A stretch of 64,000 nt of DNA, taken from assembly GCA_964658305.1 (NCBI GenBank), contig OZ210885.1, positions 20,894,001 through 20,958,000 on the forward strand, given 5' to 3'. The notes under the pieces are model-generated. The model saw only the letters and a list, made by a program, of their open reading frames with translations. It was not told the origin of the DNA and searched no databases. The first letter of the stretch is position 1, and every line of letters begins with the position of its first letter. Origin of the DNA: Leptogorgia sarmentosa. Lineage: Eukaryota. A program made the translations under genes and the position numbers. Below are positions 49,442 to 63,558 of this stretch, in pieces.

Positions 49442-50870
49442 CAGGGTTGCCAGATTGGCTCTTTTTAAGCCAAATTTGTCGATTTTGGCTTCTTTTTTAG
49501 GCGTTTGGCTTGAAAATATTGCGTTTGGCTTATAGCTATTTTTTGGCTTATTTTTGGCTTTTTCTAAAAAATAGAAAGTTTTTTCATTTGTTAGTCAATA
49601 AACCTCGTTATTTATTTGACGTTTATCTTGATATGATCTTGATTAATGATTACACCTTGAGAGTGAGACTAGGAACTAGGTCTGGCATAGTACCTGCAAT
49701 CAAAGGGAGTTCTTAACTTAGAACAGCGTCATACGTGTTACTGTTTTCGCAGAGGTCCGACTGCCACAGTGTTGGCACGACGCGACGATTGACAAAGCCG
49801 TCAAATGTCAATTGTCAACACTAGTACTACACGTCTGTGATTACACTCTACAGACTGTCTGCAGCACTGATCAGTAACAAGTTTGTTTCGTTGACGTTTA
49901 TACCCGCTTTTTTATGGTCCTTCATCTGATAAAATGATGAGCCTAAGTAAACCAGCCACAACTAGTCACTGAGGCAACAAATGGAAGTCTCATGATTCCT
50001 CGCGAAAATTCAAGCCAGAGTGGCAAAACAAGTTTACTTGGATAAAGAAAGCAGTTGATGGTTCAGACAATGCCTACTGCTCCCTGTGCCGCACAACTAT
50101 TACTCCTCGATTGTCGAATATCAGTAAACACGAACAGTCTGCGAAACACAAAAGACAAAGTACTCTAATATCAAGAAACTCAAAGATCCCATTATTCAAT
50201 GAAGATGAGCAAGCGAAAGCGATGGAGCTACAGTAAGAAAAGTTCATGAAACCTACAGCTGGTGCCATTCGTTGTTACTAGAAGCAGCTGAACAGGTCAA
50301 GAAACGTCTGCCGCCCTCAAAGGACATCTTTGATAGTTTGTCCCACTTGCATCCATCCCGTGTTTTGAACCAGGTTGGACGCGTTTCTTTAACCAGCCTT
50401 CTCCTATGCAGCACCTTATCCAGGAGAAAGTATCCGAGATCGACAACCAGTATAGAAATATACTGTATATCAATTGGCAGGATAGTCCAGTATTCCCAGA
50501 TGGTATCCCCAGTGATGCTGTCGGATTTTGGTCTGGTGTACTCCAGTACAAAAACCTGACAGGCAACACCACCTATTACCACCTTGCCACTTATGCCCTG
50601 GCCTGCTTAACAACGCCAACCAGCAACGCGGTGGTGGAGCGCATCTTCTCCTATGTGACGGCGGTCAAAACGAAAGCAAGGAACAAGATGAATTCTACCA
50701 TGCTCGAAGCCGTTCTCAGAATCCGTGCGCATCATTATTTTAAAGGTAAATGCTGCAAGGATTTTGTAGCAACCAAGCGGATGCTTGAACTGTTTAATGC
50801 AAAAACTTTGTATGGAAGTAACGATACAGACAACTCAAAAGACGAGGACGCTGATGAATCCATATTTTAA
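49442..50870 (+). mobile_element. hAT remnant (left end plus deleted transposase)
   Basis: CAGGGTTGCCAGA end with TTTGGCT subterminal repeats. N-terminal KFKPEW...AYCSLC...SKHEQSAKH (~50005-50150) is joined to the C-terminal LACLTTPTSNAVVERIFS (50406-50870). Confidence 0.8.
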
Positions 50871-50964
50871 GTCTCATATTAACTATAGCTTGTGTAAATT
50901 ATATAGAGCCCCCCTATTTAAAAAGGGCTTTTTGTGTAAATGTAGACGCACATGCGGTATGCTC

Positions 50965-52100
50965 AGTCGTTCCCGGTCGGGCTTTCTTGCATAGGCTTAT
51001 TGATTTAACGAAAGGTGTCAAATCTCCTCAAAAAGTTTGCCTTGCACCTGGCGATATTTTTTTCTCTGTCTTCGCTTTAACTTCTCCTCGGACACTAACC
51101 GGACTTGCATGGCGACAAGCTGTGCTTGCTCGTGGAGAAGACGTACCATCAAGTAGAAGCTCAGGTTCCCACGCTTTGCATGTTGATTTAGCATACCATG
51201 CCAGCCTTCAACGTCGTTGTTGGTTCTCACAACTTGACAAAACACGCTCCAAGTTCCCCGCTTCCACAATTCACCTTCAATAACAAGAAATAAACAGAAC
51301 ATACTTTATTTTTTTACTGTTTAAAAGATATAGCGGCGACGAAAGTCATGGTGAAAGGGAGTTTTACTACCCGAAAATTACATTATTTTACCTTCAATCC
51401 AGTTTGTGCGACAAGTTCTATCAGCATTGGCGAAGATGTAGCCTTTGCCGCAAGTTTCTTGAATGTAGCTGATATATGTTCCTTGGGTAGGTACGGCAGT
51501 GCAAGGAACTTTCTGCATAGTTTATGCGTGGCGTCATCGTTTGTATAGGCTGGGGCCAGACCAACATCCTGGATGTTCCTCCATATGCACTGTGCCCAGT
51601 GAAAAGAGCAGCCGCGAATCGTGACACCTGGAAACACTTGTGGAATTGCACGCCATACCGCATTCTCAAAGTCGAGAATAATTGTTTCTAGTTTCCTGCT
51701 TCCTGTTAAATCTTTTATTACTTTCAGAACTTTTCGGTAGTCCCGTTTTCTTTTGCCCGACATCAACACGAATGCAAGTGGCACTTGCTTCACGCATTCT
51801 CCACTCCGCACAAACGAATGCATCGGGAATAATTGCGTAAAAGATTCCTTTACCACTTTAAAAGTCCCATCTACATACCATGTCTTCGACTTCGACAGTA
51901 AATTCAGCATGTTTTCAGTTGCGAAAACCAAGTGGCGTCTTCCATCGATCTTTATGTCAGACTTCAAAAAATCATCTGGTATGTGGTCCTCTATTGGCTC
52001 TGCTGGTCGCATGTGTTGACGGTGACGGTTAGCTGCTCGTGCAATGTATTCTGGGTTCCTCAATGCCTCACTAGATGTAACCACACCCTGTTCCAACATT
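50965..52100 (-). pseudogene. MULE transposase fragment (second MULE family)
   Basis: WYVDGTFKVV (D), ILDFENA (D), GCSFHWAQ (CxxH), RTNNDVEGWH (E). No termini found. Confidence 0.85.
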
Positions 52101-52249
52101 ACCTAATAAAATATTTAAAAGACTTGCTTTAACGGGGAAATTCAATGAATGATTTAACGCTGTATCAGTAAAATTACCTAAAATTAAGCTTGAATTTGCT
52201 GGAGCCAAGATTTATAATGATACAAGATATCAGTATATCATGATACCTC

Positions 52250-54711
52250 ATGTCATCAGATGTCTCATCTGAAGATGAATTTGATCCTTCTGGAGAAATT
52301 ATTGTTGGAACGTCACGAAAAAAGATGCGTCGTGGCAGTAAGAGTATGGATTCTGAATTTAAAGTTGAACAAAATAGCCAAGAATACAGGTTGATCAGCT
52401 TGAACTGTTTGTCTTCAGCTGTATCAAATATACAACATCTGTGTGGAGAAGGTATTCTCTCTGATATTTGTAACATTTTAATGCTTTTCCTTCCAAATTA
52501 GGTTTTGTTTGTAAACATTACAAAACACTTTTGATAATTTGAAAGTGTTTCACATGTCCCCAATACTATTTCCTTATAATTTTAGTTTGTTTTAATCTAT
52601 TCCATGTTGATACTAATTATACTCAATTCTATGTTCGATTATTAATTATTATATTTGATACAGGAAATATGAATATTGAAGTTGCCGAAAAGCGTGCAGG
52701 TCTGATGTCAGAGTTTGCAACTCCTGTAATGAGTCGAGTACTTTTAGCACATCTATCAATGCTGCTAGTCAAGGAAGATCGCACGATATTAATCGACAGG
52801 CTGTATATCATTCGGTGGACACAGGCAGTGGGTACGAAGGTCTAGCATCATTCTGTAGCATTTTCAACATGCCTTGTATTTCAAAGCCTGCATATTATAA
52901 GCAAGTTGAAAACATAATGGGATCGCTTGAAGAGGAAGCAAATGAAGAAATAAAACAAGCTGGCCAGAGGCTTCGACTGCTCATATTGGCTGAAAATCCT
53001 GAACAGGCTGCTGATGATATTCTTGATGTTGCTGTCACATTTGATGGTACTTGGGCAAAACGAGGCTTTCCCTCATTAACTGGTGTGGTTTTCGTGATTT
53101 CTGTTGACACTGGGGAAGTCACTCTGGACTACCATGTGCTTTCTAAAGCTTGCCAGAAATGTTCCATAAAATGATCAAAGGCAACTGATGAAGAATTTGA
53201 AGAGTGGGTTCTGCAACATGAATGTGACATAAACTTTGTGGGAAGCTCTCCAGCAATGGAATCAGAAGGAGCTGTCACCTTATGGGAAAGATCGATTGAG
53301 ACCCACAACCTGAGGTACAGGTGGATGGTTAGTGATGGGGACAGCAAGGCATTTAATTCTGTGGAAGATATTTATGGTGAGGTTAAAGTTGAAAAATTAG
53401 ACTGTGTTGGACATGTTCAGAAAAAAATTGGAAAACACCTTATGAACTTGAAGTCCACAACAAAAGGAAAGCTTTCAGATAGTCACACTATTGGAGGTTG
53501 TGGGCGGTTGACCGAAGCTAAAATACAGCAGCTACAAAAGTATTATGGGCTTCCTATATGTCAGAACACCATAAAGAAATTGAATCCAACCAAACAAGAG
53601 ACTTATGTGGCAGTTTATACCATGAAAAAGAATATAATTGCTACCTTGCACCATTGTTGCAAAGGAAAAACTCTTGCTCAGCAACATCGCTTCTGTCCAA
53701 AAGGTGAGTCTTCCTGGTGCAAGTGGCAGCAGCAACAGGAACTAAAGGTATCCAATAGGTATCCAATGAAGAATGCCTGCCTCAAGTATTTCGAGATGTT
53801 TTGAAATCTACATTTTTCGCCCTTTGTGAAACTAGTCTACTAGAGAGATGTGTACTTGGCGCGACTCAAAATCAAAATGAAAGTCTCAATGGTTTAGTTT
53901 GGGCTCGATGCCCAAAACGCAAGCACCATGGATACAAAGCTGTTCGTTGTGCCGTGGCATCTGCCGTTTGTTATTTCCACAAAGGATGTGAAAGTAGAAT
54001 GAGAGCAATGAGAAGGCTTTCTATCCCTGCTGGGGAGAAGATAAAAAAAGCTTGCAATGTGATAGACAAGCAAAGAATGAAAAAATCTGATTTGCAAGCT
54101 ACAGAGAAAGAAATGAAACGACGGCAAGGGGATAAGTTACTACACTCTCGACGAGGGGAAGCTCTTTGTGCAGCTGAAGGGGTAACATATGAGGCAGGAG
54201 CCTTCTAAATCTTTTTAGAAAGGTTTTGTAGAACATTAGAAATGCTATAAAGGTCCAGACAAGGTAAAATTATGAAAAAAAATATATTTCCCAACTAACA
54301 GAAACTTCAAACTCAATTTTCTCATTTTCCCATATTTCCATATTTTCACGCTTGAGAAAAGATTTCTCAAGAACAATAGAATGGATTTGTCTGAAATTTT
54401 CAGTGATTGTTCCACTTAGCCTTCTTTGTGTTTTAAGCAGAGGAATTTGTTATATGGCAAATATCTTAAAAGTTGTAGCTGATTTTCCCATTCATAATTC
54501 AATGGTAAAATCTGATCGGCCATAACTTTTTATTTATATATTGTACCCAAATTCCCTCTGCTTAAAACAATAATCACTATGAGTTTGTTAATATAGAATG
54601 TAAAAAAGTTAAATCATTTAAATACAGAGAGTTGAATCTTTTCTTGAATGTAGGCTACTCCGAAATTTTTTAATCAGGCCAGAGCTCCCTCGATATAGGT
54701 AAAGGGTGACC
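52250..54711 (+). mobile_element. Kolobok-type ('Mutator-like' DDE) transposon remnant with right end
   Basis: Transposase 52800-54208 with VTFDGTWAKRG, MVSDGDSK, DCVGHVQK, TQNQNESLN (frameshifted). The element appears to end ...GGGTGACC|TTAA at 54711; TTAA is the Kolobok target site. Confidence 0.72.
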
Positions 54712-55752
54712 TTAATATTTTTTTTGAATTCTCCAGTCAATGAGCTTTCTGCCAATATATAGTTTGTGGGGGTTTTGAATTATACTTTGGCAACTGTAAA
54801 ACATTTTCGAAAACAATATTTTTTACGTTAACTCCCCCTCATTTATTACAAAATAAATAAACTGGCAAGTGTGTAACACAATACGCACATTGCCATTATT
54901 ATTCCAAAGCGTGTTTGACACTTTTATTGCATAAAGTTTTGACACAGAAAACGGAGCTCATTGTTACAAGGTATCTACCAGATGTATCTAACAGAGAGAA
55001 GAGAGCAAGAAGAGAACTATAAAATACTATAAACTTTGGTTCATCTTGAGAATTGGTGCCAGCTTCCACACAAGTGATTATTAGGTTGCATTTACCCAAC
55101 CTGAACCCGTATTTAGATCAAACACTGCCATTATTTAAATTTTCTTGTCCACAAATTGATCATGGACCTGAAATAAATATGTTGACTATTTATACAATTC
55201 TTTGATTTTTAAAGCAGTACTGTACCTCACTCATGGCGACAGCGCCAGTTACCGATGCCTACATAATCAAGTCAACCAGGTGCATAAGTCATGTCGGAAT
55301 AAATATTACACATCCAAGGTTGAACATCTTGAGAACCGTGAGCCACGTAAATGGTGGAATGAGGTGAAATCTTTGAGTGGTATGAAATCTACACAGCACT
55401 CAGATATGCGATCTGATCTGAATCAGACTCTCTGTCACTTGCTAATGCAATCAACAAAGCCTTCCTTACACCAATGGCTTCCTTCACTCCTTTGGTTGCT
55501 GAGGACTCTATCGCTCCACCTGCCAATCCACCTATAGTCACCGAACTGATGTCCTGAAGAAATTGTCATCTTTAAATGCAAATAAAGCTTCTGGTCCAGA
55601 TGGAGCCCCTGGATGGTTGCTCAAAGAAAACGCTGACTTTCTGGCTCCAGTCATCACAAGCATTGTCAACTGTTCATTTGCTGAAGGTAGGCTCCCTCTG
55701 TCCTGGAAGCATGCCAACATTTGTTATGTATTCAGTAATTGTTAGAGATCTG

Positions 55753-55991
55753 GGGCCGGTTGTACGAAGCCCGTTTAGCCTAAACGGTGGATAAGCTAAA
55801 ATTTAATAACACTCTCACAGTTCTTGTAAACATACGAACTTGAATTTCATGCACTAAATACGTAGTGGCAGTCATAGTTGTTCTATTCATTTTGAAAACT
55901 TTCAGTTTTGTTGTTCAGTGAATGAATAGACTTGTTTTTATTTTTCAGATTATCCACCGTTTAGGTTAAACGGGCTTCGTACCACTGGCCC
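55753..55991. mobile_element. PIF/Harbinger-type MITE
   Basis: ~41-bp TIR GGGCC(G/A)GT.GTACGAAGCCCGTTTA.CCTAAACGGTGGATAA; flanks CTG/CAG (CWG-type 3-bp TSD). Confidence 0.82.
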
Positions 55992-56038
55992 CAGTGTTGC
56001 TTGAGATTAAAGATGGCGGCCGTATGAAATATACCATG

Positions 56039-56790
56039 TGGTGTCAGGAAACGGGATTTTGTTTTAGTTTTAAGGAGTGAACAAAAGAAATAAAAATGGC
56101 AGAAGGATACCCAAGCAAGTGCACAGAGAAGGGAAAGATTTGCGATCTCATGAGTTTTGTGGGAGACAAAGGCTGCAAAATGTACCTTACATTTCAATGG
56201 AACACAAGTCAAGTTGGAACAGGTGAAAATATCCAACCAGTAAGTGAGAAAGATATTCTTGATCAAGTTGCTGCAAAATTCAAAGAACAATTAGCATTGA
56301 AGAAAAATCCTATTATGGCAGCTGTTCAATTTGACAGAGGTGCCAAAAACAAGGAGAAACATTTGACGATTTTGTAACCGACCTGAAATTATTGGCTCGT
56401 GGCTTAGACATTGAGCAAACAGACAAGCTAATAAGAAATGCTATAGCATGCAAATCTTTTGATGAAAGAGTAAAACAACGGTGCTTGGAAAAGAGTAAAA
56501 ACGTAACATTAGAAACAGCCATAAATATAGGGAGATTACTTGAAGCTACCACAGATGGAATGCAAGTAACCACAGGGAAGATCCAAACGTGACGGTGCAT
56601 GGAGTATAAACAAAGCCCAACAGAGTTCAAGGTGAAATTCTTCATCATTGCCAAGGCACATAATCCAATCTTATTTGGGCAAGTGTGCGAAGCCTTAAAC
56701 CTGGTAAAGCGAATACATGAAATCGACAACCTTAAAGAGCTTCTTATCCAACATCCATTATGGATGATATTCTAATAGCTGGCTGTGACG
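56039..56790 (+). pseudogene. Ty3/Gypsy gag remnant with PBS-like TGGTGTCAG
   Basis: TGGTGTCAG at ~56039; gag-like QKQGETFDDFVTDLKLLA...LEKSKNVTLETAINIGR, frameshifted. Confidence 0.6.
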
Positions 56791-57689
56791 TAGCGCATCA
56801 TGCTGCTGTCTTCGTCCGATTTCTTTAACACCGATCCTTTCCAAATTGGCTGAAGACGTTATTGTTGAGAACCACATTAAACCTGCTGTGCTAGCCAAGG
56901 TCGACACGAGACAATTCGGCACTGTTCCCGGTTCCAGTACTACTAAAGCACTCATATGTATGGTCCACTCATGGAACCAGGCGACTGATGGCAATGGGGC
57001 CACTGTAAGGGTAGTCTTATTTGACTTTAAGAAAGCATTTGATCTTATAGATCAATACTTAATAAGCTATGCACCTTTAACATCTCCGATGCTGTAATTG
57101 CCTGGATCACTGATTTCCTATCATCTAGGAAACAGCGGGTCAAGTTGAGTCAGGATTGTCATTGGACAGACTGGGCCTGTGGTTGTTCATTGTGATGATA
57201 AACGATAAAATCCTAGGTCTCATATTTCACATGATCTCAAATGGAACGCCCATATTGACAACATTATGAAGTGTAAGAAGCGCTTGTTTAGGCTAAAACA
57301 ACTAAAACGCTCTGGTTTAGCTACGTCCGAACTTGTTAGCTTTTACAGCACCTGTGTCAGGCCAGTAATGGAATATGCTTGCCCAGTATACCATGACGAA
57401 CTCTTTGGAGCAAGTTCAACAATGCGCCCTACGCATCATCTATCCTTTCTATCCATACGAGGAGGCCCTAGCAGAGTCAAGACTTCCCAGTCTGGCTTTT
57501 GTCGTCAGGGACTCACCACCACGATGTTTGACAGGATTGTCAGTGACAAAAACAATAAGCTTCATAAACTTTTACCACCGAGAAACAACAAGAACTTTTC
57601 CCTCAGACCTAGACGTGTACTTATAATACCAAAATATAATACCAATCGTTTTGGAAATAGTTTTATTATACACAATGCTCGGGCTCAAT

Positions 57690-57908
57690 TGTCGGGGACT
57701 GTCGTAATATTAACTAATTAAATCCAATTAATAATTAGCAATCATCTTGTATAAGTGCATGTCAGAGAGAGGACACATGAGTCTTAAGCGTGATAGCGTG
57801 ATTACAGAAGGGAGTGATTTGGGAGCTGTGATTTTGTATTAAATAAAATTATATAAAACTATTGTAAGTGTGTTGGTTGAACAAAGGCCTCAGACAGCAT
57901 TCCCAACA
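57690..57908 (+). repeat. 5' LTR of second BEL/Pao element
   Basis: Direct repeat of 63340-63558. Confidence 0.93.
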
Positions 57909-57948
57909 CAAGTGGCACCTCCGCAACGGGATTGTGTGATTGTGAGAA

Positions 57949-60900
57949 ATGGATGAATTAGTGAAGCGAAACGTAAAGTGGTACAAAGTACACACGAAGC
58001 TATGAAACGAGCAATTGAAAATCAAAACACAGCGAGCATACAGCGGCAAAAGAACATAATAAAGAAAACTATAGGCGAAATATACGAGCTTAAGGTCGAA
58101 GTGCAAGAGATCCGTATCCAAAAGGGCGATAATGAAGAAGAAATTCAAACGTGGACAAATAACATGGAATTAGAACTCGAAGCGTGGGATAACGAACTGG
58201 AGAATGTTTCGAAAACGACAAGGGAATGGAAACGAAAAGAAGAAGAAGAGGCGAAATTACGTGACCAAGAGTTAGCAGCAAAGGAACGTCACGACTTATT
58301 TAAAGAACAGCTTGAATTCGACAAGGCAAAATTAGAACAGCAAGCACAGCACGAGATAAAAATGGAAAAGATGCGCAAAGAGCAAGGGAAAACGCAGAGC
58401 ACTAACGCGAAGTTACCAAAGCTAGTGATTATCAAGTTTAATGGAACGCCCTTGGATTGGTTGCGTTTTTGGAACCAGTTCGAAGTCGAGATCGATAAGG
58501 CCGACGTGGCATCTGTTACCAAGTTTTCGTATTTGAAAGAGCTGGTGGATCCGAAAGTAAAGGCCTACATCGATGGGTTGCCGTTCTCTACCGAAGGATA
58601 TGAACGTGCGAAGAATATCTTGAAGACGAAGTACGGAGATACAAGTGAGATTGTAAACGCGTATGTACAAAACTTAATGAATTTGCCAACTATCCAGGGA
58701 ACTAATGTCGGTAAGATTCATGATTTTTACAGTAAGCTCATGTTCAACGTACAATCTCTAGGAACACTGGACAAACTAAACGAGGTAAACGGTTATGTAC
58801 GATTATGCTTAGACAAATTAGAAGGCATAAGAGGCGATTTAGTTAGAACGGACGATGATTGGCGCCAGTGGGATTTTATTAAATTGACTGAGGCGCTTCG
58901 AAAATGGACGGAGAGAAACCCTGTCAAAATGCATGACAAATCCAATGATAAATCTGACAGGCAATCCAATTTAAGTCGCACGAACGCATTCCAAGCGCGC
59001 CAGCGCGAAGCTAAACAGAGACGGTGCGTTTATTGTAACGAGATCAATCATGCGTCAATTAATTGTCCTAAAGTAGTTACGTCAGTAGATCGGAAAAAAT
59101 ACCTTAGTTAGAGACGGTTGTGTTTTAATTGTACCGGGGCCGAACACCGTGCCTCCGAATGCCGTAGTCGATCGAGCTGCTCTAAATGTAAACGTCGACA
59201 TCATACTTCTATTTGCGATGCTTCGGGCGAGAATGGGCCCCCAACTGTGCCTACAAATGACAGGTTACTAAATACCGCGACTAATGCTAATAAGCCTGTT
59301 GTCTATCCAGTCGTAATCGTTGACATAAATGGTGTAAAATGTCGCGCTTTAATTGATACAGGGGCGGGAAGTTCTTACACCTCGGCTAAACTCCTTGACA
59401 CCATTAGAGCACAACCATGTAAGAGAGAGATGTGGCGCGTTGAAATGTTGTTTGGCACTTCAACAAAAATGGTTGGAATTTACAATCTGAAAATAGGCAA
59501 TACGAGCAACAAATTCCACCTCGAAACGGAGGTAACCCGAGTCGAACACTTGACAACCCCAAGTACAAAGAGATTATGGCTAATTATTCACATCTTGACG
59601 GAATAATTATGCAAGACGACGATGAGAAAGAGCGCTTGCCCGTGCATTTAATCTTAGGGGCTGGGGACTACTCAAAAATTAAAACCGCCTCAAAACCAAG
59701 GATTGGGTCCCCGGGGGAACCTGTCGCAGAGCTCACGAAATTCAGTTGGACAATCATGTCTCCCGGTGAAGAAGTCAACCTGAACACCATGCTTTTTACC
59801 CAGGTGCATTGTGATGACTACGAACAGTTGTGTAGACTAGACGTTCTAGGATTGCGAGATAACGCAACTGGTGATCAACAAAATGTTTACAGCGAATTTA
59901 AAGAACAGTTGTCGCACAGTGAAGAGGGCTGGTATGAGACGAGTTTGCCGTGGAAGGGAAACCACCCCTCCCTCCTTAGTAACAAAACCGGCAGTTTGAG
60001 ACGCTTAGATGGTCTAGTCCGGAAGTTAGAGAAGCAGAACATTATCGAACAGTACGATAAAATTATAAAGGATCAGATCAACGAAGGCATAGTGGAAAAG
60101 GCAGATAAGGAAGCACAGAGTAAAGAGTTTTACCTACCTTATAAGGCGGTTATAAGGGAATCAGCGGAGACGACCAAACTTAGAATCGTGTATGATGCAT
60201 CTGCATGAGAGAACGAAAACGTCCCTTCCTTGAACGAGTGTCTGGAAACGGGACCCCCCCTGCAGAATCATCTATGGCGTGTATTGGTCCGTGGAAGATT
60301 TCACCCGGTAGCCCTAGCTGGGGACTTGAAACAAGCTTTCCTTCAAGTTCGCATACGTGAAGAAGATCGTGACGTCATGCGGTTTCATTGGTTCAAAGAT
60401 CTTCAGACAAAAGAAATAGTCACGCTTCGATTTACGGGAGCCCTGTTTGGACTTTCTCCATCCCCATTCCTACTCGGCGGCGTGATCCAGCAGCACCTTG
60501 AGAAGCACCAACAGCGACACCCGGAAGTTGTGAAAGAAATCAGCAGAAGCCTTTACGTCGACGACTTAGTCAGTGGTGGCGAGACAGTCGAGAAAGTGAG
60601 TCAAATAAAAGAAACCTCCAAAGCGATCTTCAATGACGCAACATTCCAACTACATAAGTGGCATTCCAATATCCCTGCGCTCGAAGCTGAAGAAACCCCA
60701 CAGTCATCACTAACAGAGGAAACGTTCGCCAAGCAACAATTGGGAGCTCGTTCCAGACAAGCGACGCTACTCAGCCTAGCATGATCAAGAACTTGATGTC
60801 ATTAAGGTAGAGATACCCCAAAATAAAGCACAGCCGACGAAACGAGGGATACTTGGAAAGATCGCCAAAATTTATGATCCTCTTGGTCTGATTTCTCCAA

Positions 60901-63160
60901 TAACATTGCATGGAAAATTCCTTTACCGAGACGCCTGCGATGCGAAGCTACCGTGGGACGCAAGCCTACCGCAAGAATTACAAGCGAAATGGTCAACCTG
61001 GGAACAAAGTTTGCCAGATCATGTTGGTGCTCCAAGAAGTTTGGTGAAGACCCAAGAACCAATTGAACAAATCGAGCTACACGCATTTGGAGACGCGAGC
61101 GGACAAGGAGTAGCAGCTACAGTCGTGGCAGTTGTGCGGCAAGGCAGTGGCGAATCAAAAGGTCTCGTCGCATCAAAATCACGATTAGCCAAGAAGAATT
61201 TGACCATACCTCGACTGGAGTTGGTGTCTGCACACATGGCGAGCAATCTGGTCGACAATGTCCGACAGGCATTGGAAGGATTTCCCGTGAAAAAGGTGTT
61301 CGGCTGGCTAGATAGCATGGTGGCTCTTCACTGGATACGCGGAAACGGCGAGTTCAAGCAATTCGTAGGTAATCGCGTGCGCAAGATTCGAGAGAAGGAT
61401 TACATCCAGTGGAGACACGTTCCCAGCCAAGATAATCCAGCTGACCTTGGAAGTAGAGGAGGACACGTTAATGATGCAAATCGCCTGTGGTGGGAAGGCT
61501 CGGCCTGGCTGTTAACTAAAGAGAATTGGCCACCTGAAATCGTGACGAGTCCCAGCAGAGAATCCTTAGCGGAAACCAAACTAACACGAGAAATCTTCAA
61601 CGTCGCCATCCCACAGCCTGACGAGTTCGAGCAATTATTGAAGAAATGGAATTTGTGGAAAACCCTCAGAATATGCGCGTGGGTTTCGCGGTTCATTCGT
61701 AACGTTGCAAAATCCCATCACAGTATCAAAGGTCCACTGGGGACCGAAGAGATTCAAGAACGTGAAGCCTGGTGGATTCGTAAAGTTCAAACAAGGAACA
61801 AAGACTTGCCAGAGTTCGAAGAAGACTGCACGAGGTTAAACCTCAGGATGACGGATGGCAACCTTAAATGTCACGGCAGAATACAAGGAGACCTACCAAT
61901 CTACCTCCCTGACAACGACCTGTATACAGAGAAACTGGTAGAACAGTGTCACCATGAAACCCTCCATGGGGGAGTAAGCCTGACCATGACGAAAGTAAGA
62001 GAAATCTACTGGATCCCGAGATTGAGGAGACTGACTAAAAGAGTCATAATGCGGTGCTACGGGTGCAAACGGTTCCAAGCTTTACCCTTCCCAACTCCAC
62101 AACCGGGGAAATTACCCAAAGATCCGACGGAAGGAGACGCCCCATTCCAAGTCATAGGAGTTGATTATGCTGGTCCAATCAGATACCGGAAACGAGGAAA
62201 GAAAGAGGCCAAAGCCTACATAATTGTGTACGCATGTTCGCTGACTCGCGTGTTGTATCTCGAACTAACGAAGACCATGAGCACCGAAGAATTCCTTGCA
62301 ACGTTCAAACGGTTCATTGCGCGAAAGGGAAGACCTAAGAAAGTCTACTCGGATAACGCGAAGACATTTGCAGCCAGAGCGAAGTGGTTGAAACAAGTTA
62401 TGAATGATGAAAAGTTCAATAATTTCCTCGCAAAGATGTCGATCAAGTGGCAGTTCAACTTAAGTCGAGCGCCGTGGTGGGGCGGCCAATACGAGAGACT
62501 GATCGGAGTCGTGAAGCAAGCCTTATACAAAACTATTGGGAACGGATTCTTATCCTGGACGAAGTTGGAGGATGTAATTTTGGACGTCGAAGTGGCACTA
62601 AATAATCGGCCGCTTAGTTACGTGGAAGATGATCTACAGCTGCCAGTACTCACACCGAATGCATTACAGTTTTGTCAACCAAATGTTTTGCCAGAGCTGC
62701 CGGAACACCATGTTGAAAACCACGACCTTCGTAAGAGGGCGAAACATCTCATCGGAGATGTAAAGACGCGTTATGGGGGAGATGGTCGTCAGAATATCTA
62801 AAGGCTCTGCGAGAACGACATAACATGAAACACAGAAATAAAACCTTAAGTTTAAAGATCGGAGACGTCGTTATTGTGAAAGGTGAAGAAAAGAACCGGG
62901 GAAAGTGGAAAATCGGAATCGCGGAGCGGTTTATCATCGGTAAAGACGGTACAGTACGGGGAGCTGAGGTACGAGTCGGGGCAGAACGGACGCTAGAGCG
63001 CGCAGTTCAACATCTATACCCACTGGAGCTTTCCTGCGATACAGATAAGAAATCGAAGACAACGCTGAACGTTGACGTACCAGAATTCCGGCCAATGCGA
63101 AATGCTGCAGCAGTAGCAAAATGTCGGATTCAAGATACTATGGACGGAGAAGAGTCATAA
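57949..63160 (+). pseudogene. BEL/Pao gag-pol with several stops and frameshifts
   Basis: KLPKL..FNG..DWLRFW; zinc knuckles CVYC...H...C, CFNC...H...C, CSKC..H...C; protease ALIDTGAG; RT DLKQAFLQ/YVDD; RNase H FGDAS; integrase DYAGP/SDNAKTF/GGQYER. Confidence 0.93.
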
Positions 63161-63339
63161 ACTCTTAAGACTACCCAGTATTTGAATCCTTCATATACAG
63201 AATATAACTATATAGCCACATTATCAGTACATAAATGGACAATATAGCGGACACTTTAGAGACTTAAAATATATAGTCCAAGTTGTTTTGTTTGTATAGT
63301 TGAGGTAAAATTACACACATCGGACGAATAGGGGGAGTG

Positions 63340-63558
63340 TGTCGGGGACTGTCGTAATATTAACTAATTAAATCCAATTAATAATTAGCAATCATCTCGT
63401 ATAAGTGCATGTCAGAGAGAGGACACATGAGTCTTAAGCGTGATAGCGTGATTACAGAAGGGAGTGATTTGGGAGCTGTGATTTTGTATTAAATAAAATT
63501 ATATAAAACTATTGTGAGTGTGTTGGTTTAACAAAGGCCTCAGACGGCATTCCCAACA
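63340..63558 (+). repeat. 3' LTR of second BEL/Pao element
   Basis: Direct repeat of 57690-57908, preceded by the PPT. Confidence 0.93.

Larger units (their letters stand above)
57690..63558 (+). mobile_element. Full-length BEL/Pao LTR retrotransposon (second family)
   Basis: 219-bp TG..CA LTRs at 57690-57908 and 63340-63558 with 4 differences. PBS-like TGGCACC at 57913; PPT AGGGGGAG at ~63330; flanks share CAAT. Confidence 0.95.

Noticed and set aside
54899..55099. Minus-strand QDEPKFIVFYSSLLALFS fragment and a possible exon at ~63705-63858, perhaps another DNA transposon hosting the second LINE
   Set aside because: Too short, with no catalytic motifs or termini visible in the window.
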